Origin: Candidatus Melainabacteria bacterium 17Bon1m
GTDB lineage: Bacteria > Cyanobacteriota > Vampirovibrionia > Obscuribacterales > Obscuribacteraceae
Reading direction: 5' to 3'
NCBI GenBank assembly: GCA_032128875.1
Contig: JAVLKG010000002.1
Location: forward strand, 704,001 to 768,000
DNA length: 64,000 bases
A program made the translations under genes and the position numbers. Shown here in pieces: positions 48,269 to 58,035 of this stretch (the stretch's first letter is position 1; the number at the start of each line of letters is the position of its first letter). A model generated the notes under the pieces. The model was not told the origin of the DNA. It saw nothing but the letters and a program-made list of their open reading frames with translations, and made no database searches.

Positions 48269-50281
48269 TTATCTGGGCAATTTCAGGAGATGGTCGGATA
48301 CCTGCCATTCTTCGACGTAAATCTTCTCGAATGCGTTCGAAAAAGCGTTTACGGATAGGGTGGTCGAACCATCAGAATTGCGATGTGTTGGGTCGGAGAA
48401 ATTATCTGCGCTATTGTCCCTCAGCGGATCGCTGACCGTCACGCGACCATTCTTATGGTCGAAATTGACGATTCCGCAAACTGCGCTTTTTGAGATAAAC
48501 CGATTTCCGATCATTCTTGGGCTGTTTCGTTCGCCCACAGCAATCATGGTGCGACGTTGTTTGAACGCGTCGCGCATGACTATGTTCAATTCTGTGAGCT
48601 GCATATCTGTGGTGCTGATCCACCGACCGCCTTGTCCACTCAACAGCCTGCAAATACGTTCAACCGCTTCTAAATGGTCGACATCTGATGCATTTCTCTT
48701 TTGGGATTCGTATTGTTTAAAAGCGTTTTCGATCACAGCCATCCAGAAGCCATATTTACTTCCGTGCACGTACTCGGCAAGACATTTGCTGGTTGGAGCG
48801 CTGACGATAATCGCGGCTTGTTCGCCGGGAAAAGCGACTTTGAATTTGCCGTCTACCGTTTGGCTAATCATACGAAGAATTATATGTGGACATTGAACGA
48901 TCATTGATTCAAAGACTGAGTAGAAGACATTTAGCAGCGGGTCGCTTACGCTACGCTGTATAGCTTGCGGCAAAATACTGTCTATCGGATTGGAAGGATC
49001 AACGAAAAGTGTGCGCGTTGTAGTCTCTCCCTCGTGCCAACATTCGTCCGAGCCCCACCCTGCGATCTTGATCTGACCCTGGATTTGTTTTTTATATCCA
49101 GCTTTGAAGTGTTGAACGAAATCAGTGCGGTTAAGGTAACTTGCTTTAGAGATGAGCAATGAGTTTTTACTTTCGAACTGATTACGCATTTCCTCATACA
49201 TGGTTTGCAAGACTACTTTGGAAACACCATCGCGTTGGTGGCGCTTGTCATATGCCAATCGAACTTGATCTAGCGTAACAGTGCCTGTTTCTGATGTGCT
49301 CAATTCGTCGAAAAGAGTCTGCACCAATTTCACTGCATGTGGTGGCGCTTCGCATCTAGACTCTTGCTCTTTTTTCGTTGTTTCATCAAATGCCAAAATG
49401 TCGTCAATTGTTATGCCTGTTCCTTGACGGCAAAGAGCATGGCGCCTGCTTGCGCAAATGGCATCAAAGTGAGATTGCATCATTGATATCAATTGGATTG
49501 CATCGGGCTCATTCCAAATTTGGCGTGCTGCTAGTTCGAGTTCTTCCTTGCTCAAACTAGAGTCTTGGTTTTTGTCGATACTTCTGAAGATCGCGAAAAG
49601 CGTGCGCTTTAAATCAAAGCCATGAGTAAACGGCGTCAACACAACAATGCGCCCACTGAGCGTACATGTTTGAATTACGCCTGCTGCACTGATGACTTGG
49701 TATGTTCCATCTGGAATCACAACCATCGACATCTCGCAAGTTTGTCCTTCTGCGGATTTCCATGTAGAGATATTTTGATGATCCGGGTGCGAAATGCGAA
49801 CCCATTCCACTCCATCCCTATCGAGCACGCGAACCAGTCTTTCTGATTCGTCGTATTCGAATTCAGCAACACTTCTGTCAGGGTACTGTATGCGGTGCGG
49901 TTTGATATTCCAGCGTCCAAATGAAATCACAGCACCACTTTCGTCTATGGCAGTCCGTGAAATTGTTTGTGGAGCAGCTTGAGAAACTGTCGTCGGAGTA
50001 TTTATCGTGGATGTTGGCTGCGAACTAGCTTCGATTGCAGGTGGAAAACTCATTTCGATTGCAGGTGGAAAACTCATTTCGATTGCAGGTGGCAAACTGA
50101 TTTCGCTTGTCGGTGGCAAACTAGTTTCGATTGCCGGTGACGTACTTGTCGTGCTCGCCGAAAAATCGAAATTAAAAGTCGACTCGAAAACAGGCTGGAA
50201 AAATTCGTAGACAAATTCGCCTGGTGCCAATTCTTTTTTGTCTTGGTTGTCTTGCGATGACACTTGTGCTGGTTGATTCAT
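48269..50281 (-). CDS. multidomain hypothetical: YD-like segment, EF-hands, degenerate calpain-like (C2) domain
   Basis: FEYDESERLVRVLD; DKNQDSSLSKEEL EF-hand; FKVAFPG, WMAVIENAF, VTVSDPL; ATG 50281 chosen over 50368. Confidence 0.7.
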   Translation of the reverse strand: MNQPAQVSSQDNQDKKELAPGEFVYEFFQPVFESTFNFDFSASTTSTSPAIETSLPPTSEISLPPAIEMSFPPAIEMSFPPAIEASSQPTSTINTPTTVSQAAPQTISRTAIDESGAVISFGRWNIKPHRIQYPDRSVAEFEYDESERLVRVLDRDGVEWVRISHPDHQNISTWKSAEGQTCEMSMVVIPDGTYQVISAAGVIQTCTLSGRIVVLTPFTHGFDLKRTLFAIFRSIDKNQDSSLSKEELELAARQIWNEPDAIQLISMMQSHFDAICASRRHALCRQGTGITIDDILAFDETTKKEQESRCEAPPHAVKLVQTLFDELSTSETGTVTLDQVRLAYDKRHQRDGVSKVVLQTMYEEMRNQFESKNSLLISKASYLNRTDFVQHFKAGYKKQIQGQIKIAGWGSDECWHEGETTTRTLFVDPSNPIDSILPQAIQRSVSDPLLNVFYSVFESMIVQCPHIILRMISQTVDGKFKVAFPGEQAAIIVSAPTSKCLAEYVHGSKYGFWMAVIENAFKQYESQKRNASDVDHLEAVERICRLLSGQGGRWISTTDMQLTELNIVMRDAFKQRRTMIAVGERNSPRMIGNRFISKSAVCGIVNFDHKNGRVTVSDPLRDNSADNFSDPTHRNSDGSTTLSVNAFSNAFEKIYVEEWQVSDHLLKLPR
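50023..50138 (-). repeat. 24-bp intragenic tandem repeat (PPAIEMSF)
   Basis: TTTCGATTGCAGGTGGAAAACTCA, about 4.5 copies, two near-identical. Confidence 0.88.
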
Positions 50282-50502
50282 TGTGTAATATCCACCGCCG
50301 TTGGCTGGTGAGCCACCGCGGTAAGAGGTGTTTGCAGAGAGGGAGAGATTGTTTTTACAACGTATCACGACAAGTAAGTGAATTAGCAGTTCTTAACAAC
50401 GTGCTAATTATCACTAAAGTTGCTGCGCGAAAGTTTTTCGCTATTGTTGTTCAACGACGAATCATGCTGATTGATCTATATAAGTAGGTTCAATAGAAAG
50501 AA

Positions 50503-51789
50503 CTACGCGACGGCTGTTCCGCCATTTTGCTTCTTGAAGTTTTCTACAACGCCTTTTACGGTTGCGACATACTGGCGCTCGTTGTTACCGTCGCTCGACG
50601 GTGCGTATACGCTGATTACCTGGGACATCGTTTCCAGTCCCCGTTTTTGTACATAGCTTTCGTCGATCAGGCGCGCCCAGTCGCGAGCACCCTCTGCCCA
50701 TGTTTCGTACTTGCGGAAAGTTCCGTCCGACTGGTGGGATTCAGGGGATGTACCTTTGATGTTTCCTAAGCTGTGATTGCCGTTTGCGCGACCATATTTA
50801 CCGCAAGTCGATTCTTGCAAGAAGAAACCGACCGCAACTGCCGGGTCAATGCCACGATTGGTGCAAGCATCATAGAGTGCTTGTGAAAAACCCTCTTCCT
50901 TCGCAGCCGGCGAACCCATCTTTGTAAGAAATTCTTGAATTTGATCAACCGTGCATGAGGGCGGCCCTTTGATAGCTAAGTCGCCTGCGACCGGCGCTGG
51001 AATTGCAGAACGGTCGATCGGTCCGCCTGTATTATCCAGGCTGCCGTCTCTGTAGCCACCTTGAGGTGCAGAGCCGATATTGCTGTTGCCGACGCGCTCT
51101 CCACCGCCTGGGCTACCGCCTCCCGGTCCACCACCACCAGGGCTGGCGATTGGTTGCGGCATTTCGCGTGGTGCTGCAGCTTGTTGAACTGGGGCTTCTT
51201 GTTGAATTTGCGGCATTTCTACTTTGGGTTGAGCCTGCTGCTGGGGCGCCGGCACATCCACATCCGCCGTCTGAGCCGTGTGCAGCATGCCTTTCAGGAA
51301 TTCAGGTATGCCGGTGGCGCCAGGATTGGCCTTTTGCCAGTAGAAGATCTTTTCTTGAACTGCGGCCACTTGCAATTGTTGCGCAACCTTCTTAGCCGCT
51401 TCCAAACCTTGTTTACTGTCGACCTGTACGGTTATTGATCCATCGGGGTTCGGCGTCGTTTTGGCGGGGTTTTTGACCATTTTGCCGTCATCGCCCAAGA
51501 TGTAATCCGGGACTTGTCCGCTGGCTGCGGTGACGAATTTGACGTTCTTGTCGCCTGCTGTCCACTCGCTGATTTGCGACCACGCAGAGGCGTCGATGCC
51601 GGCTGGTGGCGGCGGAGCGTCTATTGGACGAATGAATAAAGAGCTCGGGAAAGACTCCGAAACGCTTGGTTTTGCAAATGAGGTACTTTGCAAATCGCCC
51701 TGAAATGCAGCAGTAGCAGTATTTGCAGCCAAAGAGTCGGTTGCAGTTACAGAACTGATTGATGCGTCAAAATTGGAATTAGCGACCAC
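50503..51789 (-). CDS. protein with C-terminal glucosaminidase/lysozyme-like peptidoglycan hydrolase domain
   Basis: GIDPAVAVGFFLQESTCG, LGNIKG, FRKYETWAEG, YAPSSDGNN; GTG start after GAGG; no signal peptide. Confidence 0.78.
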   Translation of the reverse strand: MVANSNFDASISSVTATDSLAANTATAAFQGDLQSTSFAKPSVSESFPSSLFIRPIDAPPPPAGIDASAWSQISEWTAGDKNVKFVTAASGQVPDYILGDDGKMVKNPAKTTPNPDGSITVQVDSKQGLEAAKKVAQQLQVAAVQEKIFYWQKANPGATGIPEFLKGMLHTAQTADVDVPAPQQQAQPKVEMPQIQQEAPVQQAAAPREMPQPIASPGGGGPGGGSPGGGERVGNSNIGSAPQGGYRDGSLDNTGGPIDRSAIPAPVAGDLAIKGPPSCTVDQIQEFLTKMGSPAAKEEGFSQALYDACTNRGIDPAVAVGFFLQESTCGKYGRANGNHSLGNIKGTSPESHQSDGTFRKYETWAEGARDWARLIDESYVQKRGLETMSQVISVYAPSSDGNNERQYVATVKGVVENFKKQNGGTAVA

Positions 51790-51946
51790 TACACGTGCCT
51801 CGTAGGACTGGCCTGCGTCGAATCTGTATAGGAAGCTTAAGGGGCTATTTTGAGGGAGTATAGATCTGGCCTATTGCCATGTCTATCGTAGAAATCCCAT
51901 GGGCTGATGCTTCCGGGTGTCCGTCGCCAGTTACCGTCGGCCGGTT

Positions 51947-52528
51947 CTAGAGTAGGCTCCAAATATCACTTTTGTGTGATCTTCTGAGGTGCATGAACTG
52001 GCAGTTGTTGATTTCGCCGTAAGGCAGCTCGAGATGACGGGCGACTCTGTGCCAAACTCCCCCGTGGGCAACGATAAGGACTGGTCCCGGGTGAGAAAGT
52101 GAGATGTCTAAACCCTTTTTGACGCGGGAGGCGAATTCGTCATTACTCTCGCCGCCGGGCGGATTTCCGACTCTAAAGTCCAGTTCGTGCCAGGAGCGGC
52201 GCTCCCATTCTCCTAAGAACCACTCTTTCAACTCTTCGACTACGACAACGGGCGCTTTGATCACTTCGTTGATGATTTCGGCTGTTTGACGGGCTCTGAT
52301 CATTGGGCTTACGCAAATCGTCTTTACTGCGCGCAGATGCTCAACGGCTTCGCTTTCAGCTAGAGCGCGAGCTTGAGACATGCCGGTCGCGTTTAGTTCA
52401 ATGTCCCAACCTGCTCCCGCCGCAAGTTCAGCTAGATTGGCGTCGGTTTGTCCATGCCTGACGAAGAAGAATTTCTCCTCCAAAATCTCACGGATTATGG
52501 GTTCATCTTGTTCGATTTGCTGTGACAT
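51947..52528 (-). CDS. histidine phosphatase family protein
   Basis: RHGQTD, SPMIRARQTA, PPGGES, IVAHGG. Confidence 0.9.
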   Translation of the reverse strand: MSQQIEQDEPIIREILEEKFFFVRHGQTDANLAELAAGAGWDIELNATGMSQARALAESEAVEHLRAVKTICVSPMIRARQTAEIINEVIKAPVVVVEELKEWFLGEWERRSWHELDFRVGNPPGGESNDEFASRVKKGLDISLSHPGPVLIVAHGGVWHRVARHLELPYGEINNCQFMHLRRSHKSDIWSLL

Positions 52529-52762
52529 GGAACGTCTCCGCTGTTGGACCGTACAAGACTACCAGAAAAGCCGAAAAACGCCCGCCCGCCGCCTGCTTAA
52601 CTTTGCTTTCAGAAAACTTTCAAGAAGCGTAGTTTTCCCAATGACATTTGCTTTCGCCGGCCTTATGCTGCCAATGTCCAACTTCGGATGCCCCCTTCTC
52701 ACAGAACCCCGTCGCAAGCGAGGGGTTGACTTGTGGCACTAATTTTTTGCGAGGCAAAAATC

Positions 52763-55333
52763 ATGGGCGGACAAGACTCAGTAGTCGGTCGTAACCAGCC
52801 AACATTGGTGGATGCCGCTAACAATGCCCAAGATGCGCAAGCTGAAGATGCAAGCCTGGCGCTGGCACAAGCAGCAGGCCTCGGCGGTGGTCAACTTGCT
52901 GCCGACACAACTGCTGCACCCGAGTCGAAAATTTCCCGATATGCGCAAGTCACTGCTGAGGGCGTAAAAAATTTACCTGCTGGTATTGGTCATTCACTTT
53001 GGCACAACGTCACTCATCCGGTCGACACACTGGAGATGGTGGCAAGTTCGGCGGCACTAGGGGCGGTGCTAAAAACAGGACTGCCGGAGAAGGGACCGGC
53101 AGGATTGATCGCCGGAACATTGATCGGCGGTTATTTCTTATACACTGCAGCAGAGCCGATTACCAATGCTTATAAGAAAGCAGGCGAAGCAAAAACGATG
53201 GGCGACTTGCATGCAGCCGGTCGTCAACTTGGCGATGCTGGCGGTGAGTTCATCGTCAATACCGGTATTTCCATCGGAGGTTATCGTCTCGGAGCAGGTG
53301 CAACAAATCGCGTCTTGATGGGCGAGCGCTTCGACGGATTTATGGAATCGAAGCATAATTTTTGGACTGGTGTGGATTCAAAACTCAGCACTAAATGGAA
53401 TGCATGGAAAGGGAATGTTCCGGTTGTCGGTGACAGTTTGCCGACGGCCAACACCGTAAGTTTACAACCGAAGATAAACATCGTTGGCGATCGCTCGCAG
53501 TTGCTTTTCACCGAACGTACTCCTGCAAAAGGAAGTGTTTTAGGTGAAGTGGATCCCGCTCAAAAAATAGATGTGTCTGTTTCTGCAATGACAAAAGGTT
53601 CATCGTTTTTGATGGACAGGCATATAAACAGAATCTCTCGCGGCTCGACTCCTTTGACTGATGCTCAGATTGAGGCGAAGTTTGGTGCAAAACCGGAGTC
53701 GGTTGAAGCCATTAAGAAAATGGCCGCCGAGCATAATTTGGAAGTGAAGGACATCAACACAGTTACCGGTCGAATGGTGCTCAGTGGTGACGTCGCTTCA
53801 ATGGAGCAGGCTTTCGGCACTAAACTACAAATGATGGAGCACGAAAGCGGAGTTCTATTTAGAGGACGAACAGGTTCTCTTTCGGTCCCGAATGAGTACG
53901 CTCCACATATTCGCAGCGTACTTGGGCTAGACAATAGACCGCAATTTCACACCAATTATGTTCGTTTGAATCCAATCAACGAAAATGGACATGGCATTAT
54001 CTCATCCGGAACTGCTGCTGAAGCTGGTGGCGAGGTAGTTTCCAAACCAGGTACAGCGACGAAGCCCGGACAACCTAGCGGTTTTATTCCCCACGAAGTT
54101 ATAGAGATGGGTAAGGATGCTGCTAAAGCGCCTGAGTCACGACCGGTAACGCCCCAAGAAATAATGCAAGCCTACAATGCACCAGAAGGTTTTACCGGAG
54201 AAGGTATGACCACTGGTTTTCTTTCTCTTGGTGGAACTTTGCCTAAGGGCTGGGAGACTTATCTCAAGTCAAAAGGTATAGATCCCAACACCGTAAAAAT
54301 CAGGACTACGAGCGATGTTCCTTTGGAGTCAGATCCTAAGGGAGCAAACGGCGAAAATGCGCTTGATCTTTTCATTCACAAAGAACCTCTGCCTAAAGCC
54401 GAAACCGTTATGATTACTGCAGAGAACAATGATGCAGGCATGCCCATTGGCATCTTGCGCGCAGCTTTTCCAAACCCTGGCGAAAAACAAGTCTCGCACT
54501 TCAGTATTAGTTGGGGAATGTCGGAAGATGCTTGGACACGCCAAGCTTTGAAATCTACTGAAGATGCTGCCAGACGAGCTGCTTTGAAGGGCACCACTGT
54601 AACAGTCGCTGCTGGCGACGACGGTGCCGGCGATAGATCACCAACTAGAAAGCAGCAGGTGGATGTACCTGCCGGACTTGCTAATGTCACCGCAGCCGGT
54701 GGCACGCGACTGTGGCTGAATGCAGATGGGTCGTGGGCTAAGGAAGAAGTTTGGCGTGGTAGCGGTGCCACAGGTGGCGGACGCTCAATGAAGACTCCCA
54801 GACCGGAGTATCAAAATGGCTTGAACATGCCTTCCAATTTAAATGGCTCAAAATTCGACGGTAGAGGTGTGCCTGACGCTTCCGCCGTTGCGGATCCGCG
54901 ATCTGGCATTTTGACCTACACAGATTTCGGTGTTGATGCTATTGGTGGAACAAGCGCTTCTGCACCAGAACTCGCTGTAGTTGCAGCGATGATCTCTAAG
55001 CTGACAGGCAGACCGACAGGTTTTTGGAATCCGGAGTTATATAGACTAGGAAAGGAAAAGCCTGGTGTGTTTCGAGATGTGACTGTTGGAGATAATACCG
55101 ATGGTGGTATCAAAGGTTACCCGGCTACTAAAGGCTGGGATGCGTCCACCGGATGGGGAACACCTCATATTCAAAATTATATCGATACACGAAACAGTTT
55201 GTTCAACCAAACGCTGCGTGCTAGATCTTTTAGCGCAATGAGACAAGACTTGGTGAACAATAACACCGGATTGCCATTCTGGGTTGTGCCTTATCAATCG
55301 GGTCCGGTGACTACGTCTGATTCCAACAGATAA
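52763..55333 (+). CDS. S53 (sedolisin/kumamolisin) serine protease with prodomain and long N-terminal extension
   Basis: Kumamolisin-like prodomain (VLGLDNRP); GENALD (Glu/Asp), AAGDDG, RGVPD, GGTSASAP (Ser), GWDASTGWG. Confidence 0.9.
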   Translation: MGGQDSVVGRNQPTLVDAANNAQDAQAEDASLALAQAAGLGGGQLAADTTAAPESKISRYAQVTAEGVKNLPAGIGHSLWHNVTHPVDTLEMVASSAALGAVLKTGLPEKGPAGLIAGTLIGGYFLYTAAEPITNAYKKAGEAKTMGDLHAAGRQLGDAGGEFIVNTGISIGGYRLGAGATNRVLMGERFDGFMESKHNFWTGVDSKLSTKWNAWKGNVPVVGDSLPTANTVSLQPKINIVGDRSQLLFTERTPAKGSVLGEVDPAQKIDVSVSAMTKGSSFLMDRHINRISRGSTPLTDAQIEAKFGAKPESVEAIKKMAAEHNLEVKDINTVTGRMVLSGDVASMEQAFGTKLQMMEHESGVLFRGRTGSLSVPNEYAPHIRSVLGLDNRPQFHTNYVRLNPINENGHGIISSGTAAEAGGEVVSKPGTATKPGQPSGFIPHEVIEMGKDAAKAPESRPVTPQEIMQAYNAPEGFTGEGMTTGFLSLGGTLPKGWETYLKSKGIDPNTVKIRTTSDVPLESDPKGANGENALDLFIHKEPLPKAETVMITAENNDAGMPIGILRAAFPNPGEKQVSHFSISWGMSEDAWTRQALKSTEDAARRAALKGTTVTVAAGDDGAGDRSPTRKQQVDVPAGLANVTAAGGTRLWLNADGSWAKEEVWRGSGATGGGRSMKTPRPEYQNGLNMPSNLNGSKFDGRGVPDASAVADPRSGILTYTDFGVDAIGGTSASAPELAVVAAMISKLTGRPTGFWNPELYRLGKEKPGVFRDVTVGDNTDGGIKGYPATKGWDASTGWGTPHIQNYIDTRNSLFNQTLRARSFSAMRQDLVNNNTGLPFWVVPYQSGPVTTSDSNR

Positions 55334-55541
55334 ACAACCTTTGCATTGCCGCCAAGTATCCTTTTGGCGAGTTAGTGCAGTTTTGCACGCGGTTTTTGTG
55401 CGCGCTTGTATATCTCGATGTTATATAAGGCTTGGACTTTAGCTAGCTTTTCATTAGCCGGCCGCTATATGCTGTTTTTACACAAAAATATTGGCGTATA
55501 TTTCACGGAATGCGCACGGTCTCTGGGTTACAATCTCCGGC

Positions 55542-56126
55542 ATGAACACTGAAAAACCGCCTAAACGTTTGGATGAAAGGGAAGAGTACACTCGAAGCGA
55601 TGCACTGAAATCACTTCGGTTACCACCTTCCGAACCATTTCGCACATATGCTTCTCGTTTGAAGGACGCATTGGCGCGTGACGATAAGAAGGAAGTCCAA
55701 AACGTTTGCAAATTGTTGATTGACGAGCTTAGCGTCGCGTATGGCGTTGAGAAGCCTACCGTGAAAATTCTCAGCGTACGACCCAGGGAAGAGGGGAAAG
55801 ATTGGGTTTTTGAAACGTTTGGAGATTACGATCCTGAAACACTACGGATCAGGTTGTGGATGCGAACGGCAGTACAGAAGAAACCAACTTCGTATGGCGT
55901 TTTGCTAAGCACTTTGTGTCACGAGTTTTGTCATCATCTGGACATGGTGCAGCTCGATTTCCCAAATACTTTTCACACGCGCGGCTTCTATGATCGAGTA
56001 GGACTTTTGTACCATCACATACAAAACACACCGGTCCGGCAAATCGTTTGGCAGGAGCATAAAGATGGCTCGCACAGTATTGATTGGGGCCGTACAATGA
56101 AGGGTGCACCAAAAGCACTGGTGTAG
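55542..56126 (+). CDS. zincin-like metallopeptidase domain protein (SprT/WLM-like)
   Basis: TLCHEFCHH (HExxH) plus downstream FHTRGFY. Confidence 0.7.
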   Translation: MNTEKPPKRLDEREEYTRSDALKSLRLPPSEPFRTYASRLKDALARDDKKEVQNVCKLLIDELSVAYGVEKPTVKILSVRPREEGKDWVFETFGDYDPETLRIRLWMRTAVQKKPTSYGVLLSTLCHEFCHHLDMVQLDFPNTFHTRGFYDRVGLLYHHIQNTPVRQIVWQEHKDGSHSIDWGRTMKGAPKALV

Positions 56127-56132
56127 GAAAGT

Positions 56133-56171
56133 GTGGGGTCGCAAAGCCTGTGGGATCGCATTGCATGCGAC
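56133..56171 (+). repeat. REP-like palindrome with partial upstream copy
   Basis: GTGGGGTCGCA (56133), then GTGGGATCGCA-TTGCA-TGCGAC (56150). Confidence 0.5.
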
Positions 56172-56354
56172 TAGATTTCGAGTGTCCGTCCGTTTGTGAA
56201 TTTGCATGTCGAAAGACGATGATTGTGACGTGGGTTGCAATCATCGCCTTTCATTGACCGATATTGCGCACGCGGCCGAAGCCGCTTGTGCTTTATCGCA
56301 TCGCTTTTTATTTATCCTTTGGGAAGCGCACGCGCTTTCCTGTCAGGGTTGAGT

Positions 56355-56657
56355 TTACTCAGCAGTCGAAGGTGCTGGAGCTTCAGGAGCCGGTGCTGGT
56401 GCAGGTGCCGGTGCTGGAGCAGGAGTCGGGACTAATACTGGCTTCTCTACCGGTACTGTATTTGTAGTAGCGGTGTCAGTCGTCGTATTACGTTCAATTA
56501 CTGTTGAAGTTCCGCCGTTACTGAAGGCGTAAATACCATAACCGATGGCTGCAACAAGAGCGATACCGAGTATTGTTCCGACGATTGCGCTGCCGGAGTT
56601 GTCTGTCTCAACGGTAGTGGTAGTGGGTGGCGACGGAGGTGTAATAATCGTTGTCAT
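56355..56657 (-). CDS. small single-pass membrane protein with (PA)n tail
   Basis: AGGAG RBS; TM GSAIVGTILGIALVAAIGYGIYAF; PAPAPA repeat. Confidence 0.8.
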   Translation of the reverse strand: MTTIITPPSPPTTTTVETDNSGSAIVGTILGIALVAAIGYGIYAFSNGGTSTVIERNTTTDTATTNTVPVEKPVLVPTPAPAPAPAPAPAPEAPAPSTAE

Positions 56658-56895
56658 AAAAATTCTCCTAGTCCCGCGGGGGGGTTGTGTCCTCAATCTA
56701 GTAACCGTTCACGGGCTTAGCCCCTTCGGCGATCGGTCTGAAAGTGAAGACTGTGGACCCCCTGAAGAGTTCCTACCTGTTTCATTCCTTAAAAATTCCG
56801 CAAGACGGGAACCCTGAAAACGCTCTTCACGAGAGCATCTATGCAGAATGGAAATCCTTATTATGGTGAAGCTGTAAACGCCGTTGTTTACTTGC

Positions 56896-57771
56896 TTATC
56901 CTCGGCGTGGAACTGCGACCGTTTTCTTGAAAAGGTTGGGTGCTTTTAGACGAGAGCACATTGCCTCGAAAGAAGGTGTTTGACCTCTCCATTCAAGTTC
57001 TTCGATATTATGGAAAACCGGTGCATCAGTTCTTAATGTCGCCAGTTTCCTAAATAGCAGTGCTTCCTCCCATGAACTGAAAAGCGTGTTGGCGAGTTTC
57101 GCACTGCCTCGAATAGAAGAATTCCAATCTTTTGGATCTTTCGGGATATCCTCTAAATGCGGGTACACCGACAAAACTGATGCCGCACCTTTGGCTCCCC
57201 AACCCGGCAGTCCTGGATAACCGTCAGATGTGTCTCCAACCAACGCGAGATAATCAGGAATCGATTCTGCTCTGACACCAAATTTAGTGACAACGCCTTG
57301 TGCGTTTCTTATCTCATTTTTTCTGCGGTCGAGCTGTACGATCTTATCTCCGACTACACATTGACTAAGATCCTTATCAGGTGTGCAGATTATTACTGTG
57401 TCAACGCTTTTCTCTTTTGCTGCTTTTACCGCAGCCGCAGCGAGAGCATCATCTGCTTCAAATTCAACCATTGCCCACACTAAAACCCCCATCGCTCCAA
57501 GTGCTTCTTCGAGCAGATTGAATTGAGACCAGAGATCTTCTGGTATCCCTTCTCCGGTTTTATAGTGCGGATATAGGTCGTTTCTAAAAGATTCAATCAC
57601 ATGGTCCGTCGCAACTCCAATGTGAGTCACACCTTTTTCTAAGAGAGACAGAATCGAGTTGAGCACGCCTCTGACTGCGCCGATTTCGTTGCCGTCTGCA
57701 TCCGTGGCGCCGGGCACAGCAAAATAGTGCCTGAATAATTCGTATGTGCCGTCGACAAGATAGACGTCCAT
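56896..57771 (-). CDS. stand-alone 5'-3' exonuclease / flap endonuclease (Xni-like)
   Basis: LVDGTYELFR, FRNDLYPHYK, FEADDAL, TPDKDL, DYLALVGDTSDGYPGLPGWGAK (H3TH). Confidence 0.92.
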   Translation of the reverse strand: MDVYLVDGTYELFRHYFAVPGATDADGNEIGAVRGVLNSILSLLEKGVTHIGVATDHVIESFRNDLYPHYKTGEGIPEDLWSQFNLLEEALGAMGVLVWAMVEFEADDALAAAAVKAAKEKSVDTVIICTPDKDLSQCVVGDKIVQLDRRKNEIRNAQGVVTKFGVRAESIPDYLALVGDTSDGYPGLPGWGAKGAASVLSVYPHLEDIPKDPKDWNSSIRGSAKLANTLFSSWEEALLFRKLATLRTDAPVFHNIEELEWRGQTPSFEAMCSRLKAPNLFKKTVAVPRRG

Positions 57772-57821
57772 CGAGAATTCCTTTTATCTAAACCGAATGC
57801 ATTTATATAACGTCCGAGCCT

Positions 57822-57877
57822 GGCGAAAGCGCCGAAGCGAGCTAGCGCCAAAGCGCCCATTCGCCCAAGCGCCAAAG
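57822..57877. repeat. degenerate 8-bp tandem repeat, 7 copies (consensus CGCCAAAG)
   Basis: ggcgaaag cgccgaag cgagctag cgccaaag cgcccatt cgcccaag cgccaaag. Confidence 0.7.
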
Positions 57878-58035
57878 ATACCACAGGGTCGTTTCCGCGT
57901 TTGCTTTTCAAGTGTACGGCTTTGTTGACATCTGGAAAGCGTTGCCAGCGTTGAAATTTCTTGGCTTTAGCCTGTAGTATTGCGATCCACTCGCCACCGT
58001 ACGTTGGACCGGACCGTAGAGGCAGGCTTCAAACC

